A DNA stretch of 64,000 nucleotides. It comes from Eledone cirrhosa (Eukaryota). The stretch is taken from positions 8,432,001 to 8,496,000 of the forward strand of contig OZ024750.1 of the NCBI GenBank assembly GCA_964016885.1, read 5' to 3'. Shown piece after piece: positions 23,698-36,789 of this stretch; position 1 is the first letter of the stretch; each line of letters begins with the position of its first letter. Both the position numbers and the translations under genes were made by a program. A model generated the notes under the pieces. It had not been told where the DNA came from, did no database searches, and was given only the letters and a program-made list of their open reading frames with translations.

Positions 23698-24148
23698 TCT
23701 ATATATATAAAACTGGGGATGTCTGTCTGTGTGTGTGTGAGCTTGAATCCCTAAAACTAGAGAACCACCCAACCGTCTGTTTTCAAACTTTACATATGTC
23801 AGGGAGTGTTCTGAGCAAAAAAAAAATTCAAATTTTCAATGCCCTAGGGACCGCATTAGGCGATTTAGCGATCTCTTTCTATAATTCTTAGTCTTTCTCT
23901 TTTTAGATAGATACATACATATAACGTCGCGCCCTTATAATATCTGTCTGACTGTCTGCATTACGTCACTTCCTTCAATTCGCGCTGCGTCCAAAATGCG
24001 CCCTTATAATATCTGTCAGTATGCTGCCTCCGGTTATTCCAGACCCTTACTTCTTTGCCAGCCGTGGTTGTGGAAATACTAAGCTTAGCTAAGGCGGTTA
24101 TATATTTCACAATACCTTACCCCATGCAACGCCGGGTACCACTGCTAG
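23698..24148 (+). mobile_element. Non-autonomous Helitron
   Basis: A|TCTATATATATAAAA 5' end; 3' hairpin cccatgcaacgccggg then CTAG|T; inserted between A and T with no TSD. Confidence 0.85.
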
Positions 24149-24174
24149 TATATTATATTATTAAAACAAAAAAA

Positions 24175-24355
24175 TAATTGTTTCTACTTTTGGCACAAGG
24201 CCGCTAATTACCCAGTACATTACTGGTACTTTGTTTTATCGACCCCGTAAGGATGAAAGGCCAAGTTAACCTCGGCGGGATTTGAACTCAGAATGGCAAG
24301 GGCCGTAACTCTATGCGTCAAAGCATGGCGCCCGACCCTCTACCGACACTGCCAA
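24175..24355 (-). mobile_element. SINE
   Basis: Reverse complement of consensus. Confidence 0.92.
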
Positions 24356-24382
24356 GGGGTGACAAGACTTTCGGACCATCCT

Positions 24383-24572
24383 GTGGTGAATTGGCAGTAT
24401 CGGTAGAGGGTCGGACGCTATGCTTTGACCCATAGAGTTACGATCCTTGCCATTCTGAGTTCAAATCCCGCCGAGGTTAACTTTGCCTTTCATCCTTACG
24501 GGGTCGATAAAATAAAGTACCAGTAATGCACTGGAATAATTACTGGCTTTGTGCCAATAGTAGAAACAATTA
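24383..24572 (+). mobile_element. SINE
   Basis: Consensus match. Confidence 0.92.
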
Positions 24573-24580
24573 TATATTTA

Positions 24581-24764
24581 TACATGAAACAAATAGCTCT
24601 ACCTAAGGTTTCAAGGCCCCATATTGACCATATCTCTGGAATGTAAGAGGGATCAAAATCTTCCGGCACCTGTAAATTAGGTCACAATTTTGATCCTTCT
24701 TACAAGTTGGAAATATGGTTAATATTGGGCCTTACAACTTTAGCCTGAGCTTTTGTTCCATGTA
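24581..24764. mobile_element. Palindromic MITE-like element, TA-flanked
   Basis: tacatgaaacaaa..gccccatattgaccatat..gtaagagggatcaaaat pairs with attttgatccttcttac..atatggttaatattgggc..tttgttccatgta. Confidence 0.75.
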
Positions 24765-25294
24765 TGAACATAAATAAATAATATATCAGCTCTCATCCCT
24801 GATTGAGCACTATTTTCCTTTTTCTATACACACACACACACACATATAGTTGAAAATGCATTTAAGATATTTGAACTATTTCTCGTCTAACTCGCCATCA
24901 CCCGGGGCAACGCTGCAAGTGTGCTGGCTTGCCTCAAAAATCATTAGAGAGGTTGCCTGGTACTCCTCGCGACGCTGCTGCCTTTTGCTCTGGTGTTGGC
25001 TCGGTTGTTCACCCCTTCCTTTACATTTTCTTTAATCTGAAATACCTGACATTTTAATGGAATTAAACCAAGAGCTTTTAAATTATATGCTTCGCTGTGA
25101 TAATTAAACAAATGTAAACACTGTAGAGCGAACATGGCTAAAAGTGACGTTTGTGTAAGATGCAATTTGATTGGTTAAAAATGATCACGTGATTGGACAT
25201 AGAATTTTGTGATTCCACCAATACTTTCGTGCATTCCCCACCAAAAAACGGAGACTATATTCAATATGTGAAGTGGCGTTATGAAGAATATTTG

Positions 25295-25560
25295 TATATA
25301 TGTATAATATATGATTTCTACTACGTCTGTTCAAACGAGTATTTCAGAAATTAAGGATAGAAACACTCGTTTGAGGTGGGGCGGTTCTTATCTTTTGAGC
25401 TGCTGTCCAGTTTCTTACCATTCAATACATCAACTGGCAGGATAAAGGAGATTTGTATGTATATATAAAATAATGTATAGAATATGTTTTCTATTACGTC
25501 TGTTCAAACGAGTATTTCAGAAATTAAGGGCCGAAACACTCGCTTAAGGTGGTGGTCCGC
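25295..25560. repeat. Direct duplication (~175-bp period), possibly Penelope-like
   Basis: tacgtctgttcaaacgagtatttcagaaattaagg...gaaacactcg occurs at ~25322 and ~25495. Confidence 0.6.
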
Positions 25561-26169
25561 TACTACGTCAGTTCAGTAGTGACATGCGAGTAGAAACCAT
25601 AATTATGTCCAAAGTTGAGGTTGTCGTCTGCTTAATTCCAACATATCAAATGGTAGAATGAGTTTGAGTAGTTAGTTCTTAGTGAATGTAATTTGTAAAG
25701 TTTATTCAGACGCCGTTTGTATTTTTGTATAACTATATTTTATTTTTGTATTCATTATTATTGTGATATTGCCTAAATAAAGGTAAATTTGGAAAGACTT
25801 GGAACTTGGATAAGAGGACATATTTGTCATACGTAAGTCTAGATGCCCACTTAATGGTGTCTGTCTAGTGCTGTGGTCTCGTATTTGTTGACAATAAATT
25901 GTCATTCTGTTTCTGAGAGTCAGGGGTACTCGACAAGTGGAGTGAGAGAGTGATGATGATGTGCTGCAAAGTACCTGTTCAACCCATGCAAAAACGATGA
26001 CGATGATACAAAATGAACAGATACATATTTGTCACTAATAATTTTTTATATATTTGATACACTCAGATAAACCACCCACATATACAAAGTTAATACAACC
26101 AGATAATTTTGTTATGTATTGTCCTATTATTTTCTCTCTGTATTGTACGATTTTTAAAACACCCCAATG

Positions 26170-28100
26170 TCTCCAATACCGCATTGTTTATTTATCTTAT
26201 GGGTTTATCGTTTCTCCGCGGTGTCTTATGATCAATCAAATATTAAGCAACGAAGCCATGAAGCCTTCACACTTAAAGTGTCATTTATATTCTAAGCATG
26301 CCAACCACAACAAAAAACCTTTGTCATATTTACAACTTAAGACCTCATTCGAAAAATGGGAAACCTTGATCCCAGAATATCAGAAAGCAACTACACAGCC
26401 TGATAACAGGATGATTGTATTTTGTACAACATTGCATTACTGGTTGTAAAAGACCAGTAAGTCCCCCACTATAGGAGAAACATTGCTTCGGCCTGTTATT
26501 GAAGAAGTTCTCTTGGCTGTAATACTTAAAAAGTCTAACACAATTATGACGACTATTCCACTTAGTAAAAACACAATTTCTCGACGTATAAATAGAATGG
26601 CCAGCCACCTCAAATACCAACACGCCCATAAATCTTTGGTCTGTTGAATTCTCCATACAAGTTGACGGAGGTCATTTGTGAAAGTCAGTGCTTTACTATG
26701 GCGTATGCTTTTTTTTTTTTTTATCAAAATATTCAATCTTGCAAGGAGTTACCATTGACGGATCAATTATTTCTTGACTTAAAAGGTACGTCTATTTTAT
26801 ATTTACTGAAGTTATTTTTTAATGAGCATAACATCCTATTGAACAATATTGTTGATTGTACATTTGATAAAGTTCCTACTATGGTAAGTAAATCTAGAGG
26901 TTTCCCTTCTCTCTTTGATCTTTTCGTAATTCTTTTGTTATTAACGACATTATATTTGTAATATTCTTCTGAGCGAGCACTTTATAATGTTATTTATGGA
27001 TTTGTAATGTTATTTATGTAATGTTATATATGTATAAAGAGCGGTGGATTGGCAATATCGGTAGAGGGTCGGACGCCATGCTTTCCGGCATAGTTACGTC
27101 CCTTTACGGTCTGAGTTCAAATCCCGCCGAGGTTGACTTTGCCTTTCATCCTTACGGGGTCGATAAAATAAAGTACCAGTAATGCACTGGGTAATTTCTG
27201 GCCTTGTGCCTAAAGTAGAAACAGTTATTTATGTATATTTTTAAACATATTTGTAATGTTGTTAATACAAATATGAATAAAAAGGTATGACGTTTGCTAT
27301 AAGTTGAAAATAGAAATAATCTTTTTATTTTAAATATACATAAATAACATTACAAATTGCTCACAATTCTTTTAGAATGAAGACTTGAACTTTCTCCTCC
27401 AGTTTTAACAGTTAACTCTGTGGTTCACTAGCAACATTTAGTGACAAAAAAATATCGACAGTGGGAGGGGCTTTAGTGATGTACTGCAGTTAATTAAAAC
27501 TGTGAACAAGCTCAAATATAATTATTTGTCTGAACGAATTTTCTATTAACTCTGCGTTGATAATGACGATGACTGTGAGGCTTTTGCACCATAGAGAAGT
27601 ACTGTGGTTGTCAAAAGGTAAAAATGATAGCTATGTGAGATTTTTATACTATACTGAAGTACTGTGGTTGTTAAAAGATAATGGTGACAGGTTTATGTAC
27701 CATACTGAAGTACAGTGGTTGTTAAAAGGTAATAATGATAGCTATGTGAGGGTTTTGTATCGTACTGAAGTATAATGGTTGTCAAAAGGCAACAATGTTG
27801 TCTACTTTTTTTCGAACTGTTTGATACAATAATTCAGACTTTAAAGTTAGTATGTGTGTATATAAACAAACATACACACACACACTCTCACAGTATAAGC
27901 GAAGCTCAATGTGTTCCCTTATATATGTGCAATACACATTGTGCATATGTGTATTTGTATATATTTTCAAAACACTCCTATATCCAATTTTCTGATTACT
28001 TCAAAATGTGATATTTTTTTCCTTAGCAACATATTCACTAAACTTAACCATAAAACTAACATTGACAATAAAACTGAATTATATCCTTTATAATTAAATT
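26170..28100 (+). pseudogene. Second, heavily decayed Buster-type hAT transposase, interrupted by MITE, SINE and microsatellite
   Basis: ILSNEAMKPSHLKCHL, TIGETLLRPVIEEVL, IPLSKNTISRRI, DKVPTMV (DGAPAMV-like), VH*QHLV, HTEVxWLSKG, DIFFLSNIFTKLN. Confidence 0.85.
27040..27225 (+). mobile_element. SINE nested in the decayed hAT
   Basis: Consensus match. Confidence 0.92.
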
Positions 28101-30604
28101 TAATAAAATACAGTTTTAAATAGCCAAGTTTACTTTCACTTTTTCTAAAATACGATAGTATCAGCCGTCGCATAATTCAGCCTTATTTTACTTTAAAAAG
28201 TCAGTTTACGAACCAGTAACAAATTTTTACCAGACATTTTTGGTATGCTTTCGAATGTTTACTATTTAGGTGGACGGTGGAAATGTTTTCATGTCATGCG
28301 AAAAAAGTTAGTAACCCTTATCCTAGTCGATCGAATCTTCTCTACTCTTCCTTTTTCTTTCTTTCTCAACGCACCTCGCCACCACTACCGTCATATTGTT
28401 TTTCGCCCCACTAAGAAATCCAAATTCTTTTTACTATGGAAACACCGTTCAGCTAAAATATCGATCTATTTATTCTATCTATACTGTTTTGTTTTTATTT
28501 AAATTAATTATTTCTCAGTCTATTTCATAAACCTCTGACATTTTTAATGTATCGTCTTGCCGGCGTTAACAAGCAGCTCCTTCCTCTGTCACTGCATCTA
28601 TACCACCCACTCCAATACACCACTTTCTGGCCAGTTGAAATGGCCTTACGCCCCACATCCTTTACCACCACATTCCCATCCGCTGCTTTTTACACATACC
28701 TCTTATATCACCAATGTCGATTCACTACTCTGTTGACCGTTGTTACCCAGTGTAGACGTGTATCTAAGGGAGCAGTTGCTCCGAGAGTAAAATAAGATTA
28801 AGTTTGTAAGGGGTAGATATGGAGCTTTGTGAGAAGGTAGATAGTCTAGGATGGGAGAAACTCCAGTTATAAACGACTTCCCTGGGGCAGACGTGGACCC
28901 TGTAGCCGAAATGAAGGCAACTCATCTAGTGACTGATTTAAAAAAAAAAACTGCCCAGGACAATCGAGGACTATGTAAGCTGCAGTGAAGGTAACACGTC
29001 AAGGAGGGTTGTGGCTCTGATTAAAAACAACTGCACAGGAGACAGACGTGGGATCTGTAAGCCATAGTGAAAGTAACCCTTCTAGGAGAGTAGAGACTCC
29101 AAATAAAAACTGATATAGGGTGGTGAGGACTCTTGAGGCCAGTAAGACAACCTCTCTAGTGTTGGGGGCATGAATAATGCATCCATTCTTTGCTTTAAAG
29201 TGGTTGTTGATAGGAAAGGCATCCAGCCAGAAAAAAAACCTGTCAAAATTATGGAAAGCAAAACAAATAAAATCACACTGCACAGTACTGGGGTGGCTAG
29301 AGTAGTCATGTGCAAGAACCCCCCCAATCATCACCAAGCAATGCCGCATCCTTTTTGCCTTCCAGATGCACAGAATTTCTACTCAAGGAACTAACTATTG
29401 TCATTGGTGACATTAATTTACTTTCTATGGAAATGAGAAGAGACTAAATCTTATATTGTTTTTGTGTATGAAATATCGGCTAGAGATACTCAGTTATACC
29501 TAGTGCCAATAATACATTGACTGGGGATGTTTATTTCCATATAGAACGAACTTGACTGCTTAGAATTAATTAGCTGTAGTTCTGACATATATTTATGTAA
29601 AATAAATAGTTTTTGCCTATGAAACAACAGCTGGACACTCTCATTTGCATATAGAGTGAACTTGACTGGCTAGGAATAATTATCAATAGCTTTAACGTAG
29701 CATGGTTCATATGTATCCATGCTCCCGTAACTCTTGGGGAAGCCGTTGAGGTATTATATTGACAGTGTTTCTAGGGCAGTTTTATAAAAATCCGGCAGCA
29801 CCCACCACCTCCCTAGGTCTGAATACAGCAGATTCCTTCCAGAGAAGGATATAGAGAGTGAGCGAATGGCAGTGAGAAAGAGATATAAAAGAATTGACCC
29901 CAGTACTTGACTGGTACTTTTTATCATCCTGGAATAGATGAAAGGCAATGTAGGCCTCGACGGGATTTGAACTCAGAGAACTGAAACGAATACCACAAAG
30001 CATTCTATCTGACGTTCTAACGGCTCCGCCAGTTGCCCATCTTATGGTTCATATACACCCCTATAATATAATTTTAAAGAACTATGATAGGATTGAATGT
30101 ATTTAATCTTTGAGCCTGCTCTATTCTATGCAAATGTAGGTGCTACTGTTACTGTCATGTTTATATATGGTAAGAAAAGGGTTAAAGGGGCCTGAGAAGA
30201 AATTTAAAAAATAAATAAAACAGGAAAGATTATATCAACAATGATCAACATAATTATAATGAGTAAAGTCGATTTATGAAGCATTAGAAGTAATAATATA
30301 CAAACACTTAAGATATCATTGTTGAAATTGTGAAACTATATAAATTTAGCTGTGTAGGTGTTATCACTTGGGCCAGTCACTTATCTGACAAGATGATCAT
30401 GAATGCAAACTGTGGTTGTACTCTTATCAAATACTACAATGGTAAAGAGATATACTTGTATAACCATTAGTAGTGTCTTGTCTGTGAACACTTCATATTA
30501 GAATTCACTGTTGTTTAATCTTTGTTATATATCATCAATTGAATGTAATGTTGAGTATAAAATAGGAAATGCTTCATTTAGGATATTGTTAAGAAGAATC
30601 TTCA

Positions 30605-30842
30605 GTGGTGTGTGTTGTTATGGACACTGATCACTTGCCAATAGAAGGAAGCTGCAGTAGAGGTAGACCAAGAAAGACCTTGGCAGAGGTGGTGAGAGCT
30701 GACTTTAAATTGCTGAGACTCGCAGAGGTGATGACAAAGGATTGCAGCGTGGGGAGAGATGCCGTGCTGAGACGGATCTGTCCAACTCATGCAAGTGTAG
30801 AAAAAAACAACAACAAAAACCAGGCGTAAAAACGATGATGAT
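30605..30842 (+). mobile_element. RTE LINE 3' end (family with GAT tail)
   Basis: IEGSCSRGRPRKTLAEVVRADFKLL...AVL; tail aactcatgcaag..aaacgatgatg. Short relatives at ~25930-26008 and ~43035-43085; internal fragment at ~49975-50075(-) KKFRELQPLLATKGFSFRIKGRLY. Confidence 0.82.
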
Positions 30843-30930
30843 ATAACTATATTTTGTAGCCTTATCGTTCACAAAACATCAGATAGATGTTGCTTCATGG
30901 TCATGGCAGTCAGAATGGAGGCTAAAACGT

Positions 30931-31134
30931 TTAACCCTTTACCATTTACTTTACTCTATATATACTATTGTATTTTTGTGGTAAAGGCTTTCTTACATAA
31001 TACGAAATCTATGAGATTTTGATATCGTTTATTTTGAGAACAATACCTTAACATAAGTATGAGTGGCCGGTTTGAATAGAAATAGGTGAGAAAATTCTGG
31101 CTGGATATGGTTGGTTTAAATGCTAAAGGGTTAA
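30931..31134. mobile_element. piggyBac-like MITE
   Basis: TTAA|CCCTTTA.CATTTA ... TAAATGCTAAAGGG|TTAA. Confidence 0.85.
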
Positions 31135-31454
31135 TGTAGAAATATATGTGAGGACATCAAGGGATTCGATCTTGCCTCAGCAATGTAATAGTATCTATTT
31201 TTCAATGTCTAATCCGCATCCAATATTTTAGCCTTCTAGAGCTTATCTCTACCATTTGGTTTTCTTTGGGAGTCTAACCACCGGCAGTACCATTGAAATT
31301 AGTCGGAGAATATAATGTAATTATATTTTATGTAAAAATGGCAACTCTACATTTCTTGCTCAATTCAATTTATAGTTTGTCCCAGAAGTTTTTCATTAGA
31401 TTGCTTACTCAAGGATATATACTTTTTTCTTTCCTCCATTATGTTTTTAATAAT

Positions 31455-31455
31455 T

Positions 31456-31502
<47 letters not shown>

Positions 31503-31578
31503 GCACACACACACGTGTATACATACATAAGTGTATATATATATATATATACACACACACAAACATGTGTATACATAC

Positions 31579-31621
<43 letters not shown>

Positions 31622-32045
31622 AATGTGTGTAAACATACATAATTGCATATATACAAATCTATATAACACATACACTCTCTCTTTCTCTCTTTCTCTCTCT
31701 CTCTCTCTCGTTATACCTAACACCTGCACGTGCGTGTGTGTGAGTCTGTGGGGGTACGGGTGCGTGTACATTCATAAATATCTACATCCCATTCTTAAAA
31801 TAACGCTTTAATGTTGGCTGAAATTACGTACATACAAACACATAAACACTTGTCTATACCCATGTGTGCATACACACACAAACCTACCCCTCGCCCCGCC
31901 ACATGTCATCATCATCATCATCATCATTGTTTAATATCCGCTTCCCCTGCAAGCATATATATATATATATACATACATATATATATGTGTGTGTGTTTGT
32001 GTGTGTGTATATATATATATATATGTACATAAATTCGTGTATAAA

Positions 32046-32095
<50 letters not shown>

Positions 32096-32640
32096 TGTAT
32101 GTATTCTTATATCTGATCAAAAATCACTGAAGCTCGCAGAGATGATGAGTGACAGTGTGTAGTGGTATGTTGTACTGGAGTAGACCCAGCCAACCCATGC
32201 AGATGGACGTAAATTGATGATGATGATGATGAAATATATATATATATATACGGATATATGTATATATATGTATATATATATATATATATGTGTGTGTATA
32301 TATATATACACATATATATATCCGTATGTATGTATACGTACACACATATATATCCGTATGTGTGTACGTATACACACACACACACGTATATATATCCGTA
32401 TGTGTGTACGTATACACACACACACACACACACAACGTATATATATCCGTATGTATATGTGTGTATGTATATATTTACACACATATATCTATATATACAC
32501 ATATACATTTGAGATTATGCAATTATATATATATAGGTGTGTAATATATACCTCTGTGTGTGTGTGTGTGTGTGTATTTGTGTAATTTATATATGTATAT
32601 GCATGTATATATCTATATGTGTGTGTGTAACGTATATATA
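31455..32640. repeat. Compound (TA)n/(CA)n/(CT)n microsatellite field
   Basis: Direct reading. Confidence 0.95.
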
Positions 32641-33303
32641 GATGCGACATGCTTGTAAAATTTTTCACCAGCCTAAGTGTGGGTATCTAAAGATGTATTT
32701 ATAATGTGTTTACAACGTCCCTGTTCTATCTACACACTTTTTCATGAAGTCATTTCAATAGCTCCTACAATTGAATGTTATATGTGAATAGAGTAAATTC
32801 CTGTGTTGAATGTATGCCGGACGCGTTTCTATTTTATTAATAGGCTTCACTTAATGCATCCAGTTTTCAATTATTTCCATTGATACTGATATTGGAAAAT
32901 TTCTCTTGATTTCTCTCGTACAGCGCTTGTTGAAAGACCATTTATAGGCTGATTCAACATAGCGTGTAATACAAGCAATGTGCTTGATTAACGTTGCTAT
33001 CGTTTAAGTCCGTTTAGTATCATTATAATATTGCTAGGTAAAAATAAAAATAATAATAATGATTACTAGGAATCGTTTTTTGAAACTAACCTGCTGTAGT
33101 CGATTGAATCAACTCATTCGGATCCACAAAATACCTCTTACTTAAGACACTAGATTTGCTCGATATAACAACTTAATATCATCGCAACAAACTTCCTGCC
33201 ATCTCTCTTCAAAATCACAACTTCGAAATTTCTTACTGCTTCTTAAGTCAACTGGTTGTTTACATTTCTAGTTATATTGTAAAAAGACGTAATTGGTGGC
33301 CAG

Positions 33304-33381
33304 CAGGTCTATAGTGTAGTTGTTAGTGTACTTGCCCAGCATCAAAGAGATGTGGGGTTAAAATCCTTACAGGTGCCTCCA
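33304..33381 (+). pseudogene. Degenerate tRNA-like sequence (Ala-AGC-like pseudogene or SINE head)
   Basis: ggtctatagtgtagttgttagtgtacttgcccagcat...gggttaaaatcc...ctcca; A/B-box-like spacing but poorly paired stems. Confidence 0.35.
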
Positions 33382-34424
33382 ACTACTTTTTCCATATCCA
33401 GGGGTATTTTATTCAAATTTCTCAGATATTATTTATAGAAATTGGTTATTATTATTGCCATTTCTATATTTGGGGTGACTACATTTCAAATTTCAAAATT
33501 GTCCAATGTTTTGTAAGCAACGGTTTTAATATATTTATATTAGTATGTATATATGACTTTTTGTTAATGAGTGGCTGGTTATGGCTGGTTTGAACAGGAG
33601 AGAGAATTCTGGTTGGATGCAGCTGGTTTAAATGCTAAAGGGTTAAGGTCTGTAAAGGATCTTTCCTTAAATGATTTACATTCTTAAAACATCTACACTA
33701 GTTGAAATTAAAATTGCATGATCCTCAGATGTTAACCACATCTTGTAATAAGAGAAATGTAAAAATTGCTTCACACTTCCAATAATTGATTCTTAACATT
33801 GATGTAAACAAAAATAATGGCCAGGTGCCCCACAAATAAGGTTTCATTTAAACTATATTATGATACTAAATACAGCACTATGTATGGGAAATATGATATT
33901 ATAGGTAGAATATTTGTATGTGGTCTTGTGCAGCAGTTGTTTTAGCTTATGGGTAGTGGTATAAGTCTAAAAAAACTTTTTTACTTTTGGCTATTTTTGT
34001 CCATTTTCCTCTGCCAAATCAGGATGATAGCATCACATAAGTTAGAATAGTTGTTACAGCAGGTAGTGCTGAGTTCTTTCTGCAGCAACCCTTCCACCGT
34101 CTTGTCCACAGAGCATAGCAAAGACATGCTGTCTATATAATAGTATAGTTTTACCCTCTTTTTAAAAATATTCTTCATTGTTTTGATTAAAGGCAAAATA
34201 TTCATGAATTTGTTACAACAAATACCATATCAGCTCAATCCTGGTTCAGCTTCATGAGTTCATCCAATGTTTTCTGAGATCTTCATCTTCCACAGTTTCC
34301 ATTGACTTTCAGTGCATTATATAGTGGTTATCTTCCATACACATATGTCTATACCAGCACAGTCTTTTTACTTGTATACTGCATCTATTCTCAGTTATGC
34401 TCAAATTTTCTCTTTGTTAAATAA

Positions 34425-34600
34425 TTTTCTACTTTTGGCACAAGGCCAGCAATTACCCAGTGTATTACTGGTACTTTATTTTATCGACCCCGTAAGGATG
34501 AGAGGCAAAGTTAACCTCGGCGGGATTTGAACTCAGAATGGCAAGGGCCGTAACTCTATGCGTCAAAGCATGGCGTCCGACCCTCTACCGATACTGCCCA
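34425..34600 (-). mobile_element. SINE
   Basis: Reverse complement of consensus. Confidence 0.92.
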
Positions 34601-35482
34601 TTGCTTCGCTGTTTATATCCACTGCTATTATCTATCTATCAGATTATGCTCACCTTATTCCTTTCCAAGGTTACCTATTTTAAGAAAGAAGGACAATTGT
34701 TTTAATGGACCCCCAATGGGACTTTATTTTATCATACCCTAAAATGATAAAATGTTAAGCTGACTTTGCCATAGAAAATTATGCAAAAATCCAATGTAAC
34801 TCTAGCCTACAGATGGACCACCAGCTAACACATCATAAACCTGGTATTATTTTCCCAGACCAAAACATAAAAACAAAACTGTAATAGTATTTTAATAATT
34901 GAGATAGATATACAGAATGATTATAATATTGTGCAGAAGTGAGTTGAAGACGTAGTTAATTACACAGGCATTGCTATTGAATTGTGCAGTATTATAACAT
35001 TTAAGAAACATATGCAGTATCCATTTTATAATTGGTTCTACAGGAAGAGTGATACAAAATCACTTCTGTATATACAAATGCATGTTCTCAGGCAAATTCC
35101 AGACAATAGCAATACTAGGGTCTGTAAATATTATTATATCATTCTGACATAACATTTATTCAAAATATTCTAAGAAAAGAGAAAAAAAAATGTTGTTTTG
35201 CATCTGGCATTGATGGTATTCAAAATTCTTGATGGGTGAAAGAAATTAATTTGTTTTTCGAAAGAAATGTCTTACAGTAAAGGAATATAGTATTAATCTC
35301 CATGTTATATAAAATGAGAGCCTCAGGCATTGCTTCTACATAGTTGCCTGATCTGTTTGAAATAGCAGCCAAATCTTCCTCAATTCATTCTCTAATATCT
35401 TAAAAAAAGGGAAATATTGGATAATGTAGCTCAGAGCCACTGATCACTGATTCAAGAATTCCTGATAGTTGTTATGGGCGCT

Positions 35483-35694
35483 TTAACCCTTTAGCATTTA
35501 AACTGGCCAACATTCTCACCTCTTTCTGTTCTAACCAGCTGTAACTAGCTGCTCATACTGATATCAAGGTATTGTTCTCAAGATGAATAATATCAAGATC
35601 ACATAGATTTATTATGAGATAATTATGTGAGGTAAAACATTTACCACCAAAATATAATAGTAAATATAGAGTAATGTAAATGCTAAAGGGTTAA
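35483..35694. mobile_element. piggyBac-like MITE, complete
   Basis: TTAA|CCCTTTAGCATTTA ... TAAATGCTAAAGGG|TTAA. Confidence 0.88.
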
Positions 35695-36494
35695 ACGTTT
35701 TAACCTCCACTCATCTCCAAGTTTAGACGCAGCTGATTTCTTCCAGTGAGGGAGAGAGGTGTATGAGTTAAACTGAGTATGCTGAAGAACCAACTCCCTA
35801 GTACTGGACTGGACTGGTATTTTATTTATCAACCCTGAAACGATGAAAGGTAAAGATGGCTTCAGTGAGATTTGAACTCTGAGTGTAGAAAGCCAATCCA
35901 GATTACACAATATCTGAAAAAAGATGGATGGTCATGGATGGAAGCAAGCTTTTAAACATAGATAATCTCATTCAGGGTTGACCTGGGGCTAATCAACAAG
36001 TAATTAAATATTATTTGGTAGAACAGTATCGTTTCTCAAGCTGAAGACTTGATAGAGAAACAAATAAAGACTATTCACTTATTTAAACACTTTACACATA
36101 CATTTTTCAGGAATACTGATCAGATATATTCAGGGATATGTTGATTAGAGAACAAGGTATATATATACACACGCACACATACACATACACGCACACATAT
36201 TTGATAATTTCAAAAGAAGCCTGCATGGATAAGTCTTTAGAATATTAATTCAAAATAGGACAAAGGCAATGGAAAAAACTGATAAATGGACAGTCCCATC
36301 TCCTTAGTCAACCTCTGGAAATAACTACGGTTTTGTTGCATTATATAAATTATCATCATCTTCCACACTAGCATGGGTTGGACGGGTTTGTCCCACTTGA
36401 GACAAGATTGGTCGGGTGACCGTGTCTCGCTCGCACAGAACTGTTTCTGGCAGGTTTTCTATGGTTGGATGATCTTCCTAACACCAACCACATT

Positions 36495-36560
<66 letters not shown>

Positions 36561-36566
<6 letters not shown>

Positions 36567-36689
36567 ATACTTTGGGAGGGTCATGTTGCCAATAAGAAAC
36601 ACACGCACCAGTTGCTTTCACTTCAATTTATTATATATTTATAATTTTACAAACTTATTGGCAACATGACCCTCCCAAAGTATAACAAT
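36561..36689. repeat. Perfect 36-bp inverted repeat with 57-nt spacer
   Basis: attgttatactttgggagggtcatgttgccaataag / cttattggcaacatgaccctcccaaagtataacaat. Confidence 0.95.
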
Positions 36690-36745
36690 ATCGGTTTCAA
36701 CACACGATTTCAGATAAAAAATCTTGCTAAACAAATTCAGAAACG

Positions 36746-36789
<44 letters not shown>

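Noticed and set aside
24900-25000. HDV-like ribozyme suggested by TCCTCGCG
   Set aside because: P3 does not pair and there is no GG or J4/2 after the putative P1.
31293-32585. Many YI/CV/HT-rich ORFs (also 20247-20615, 56826-58094, 59940-61036)
   Set aside because: Translations of micro- and minisatellites.
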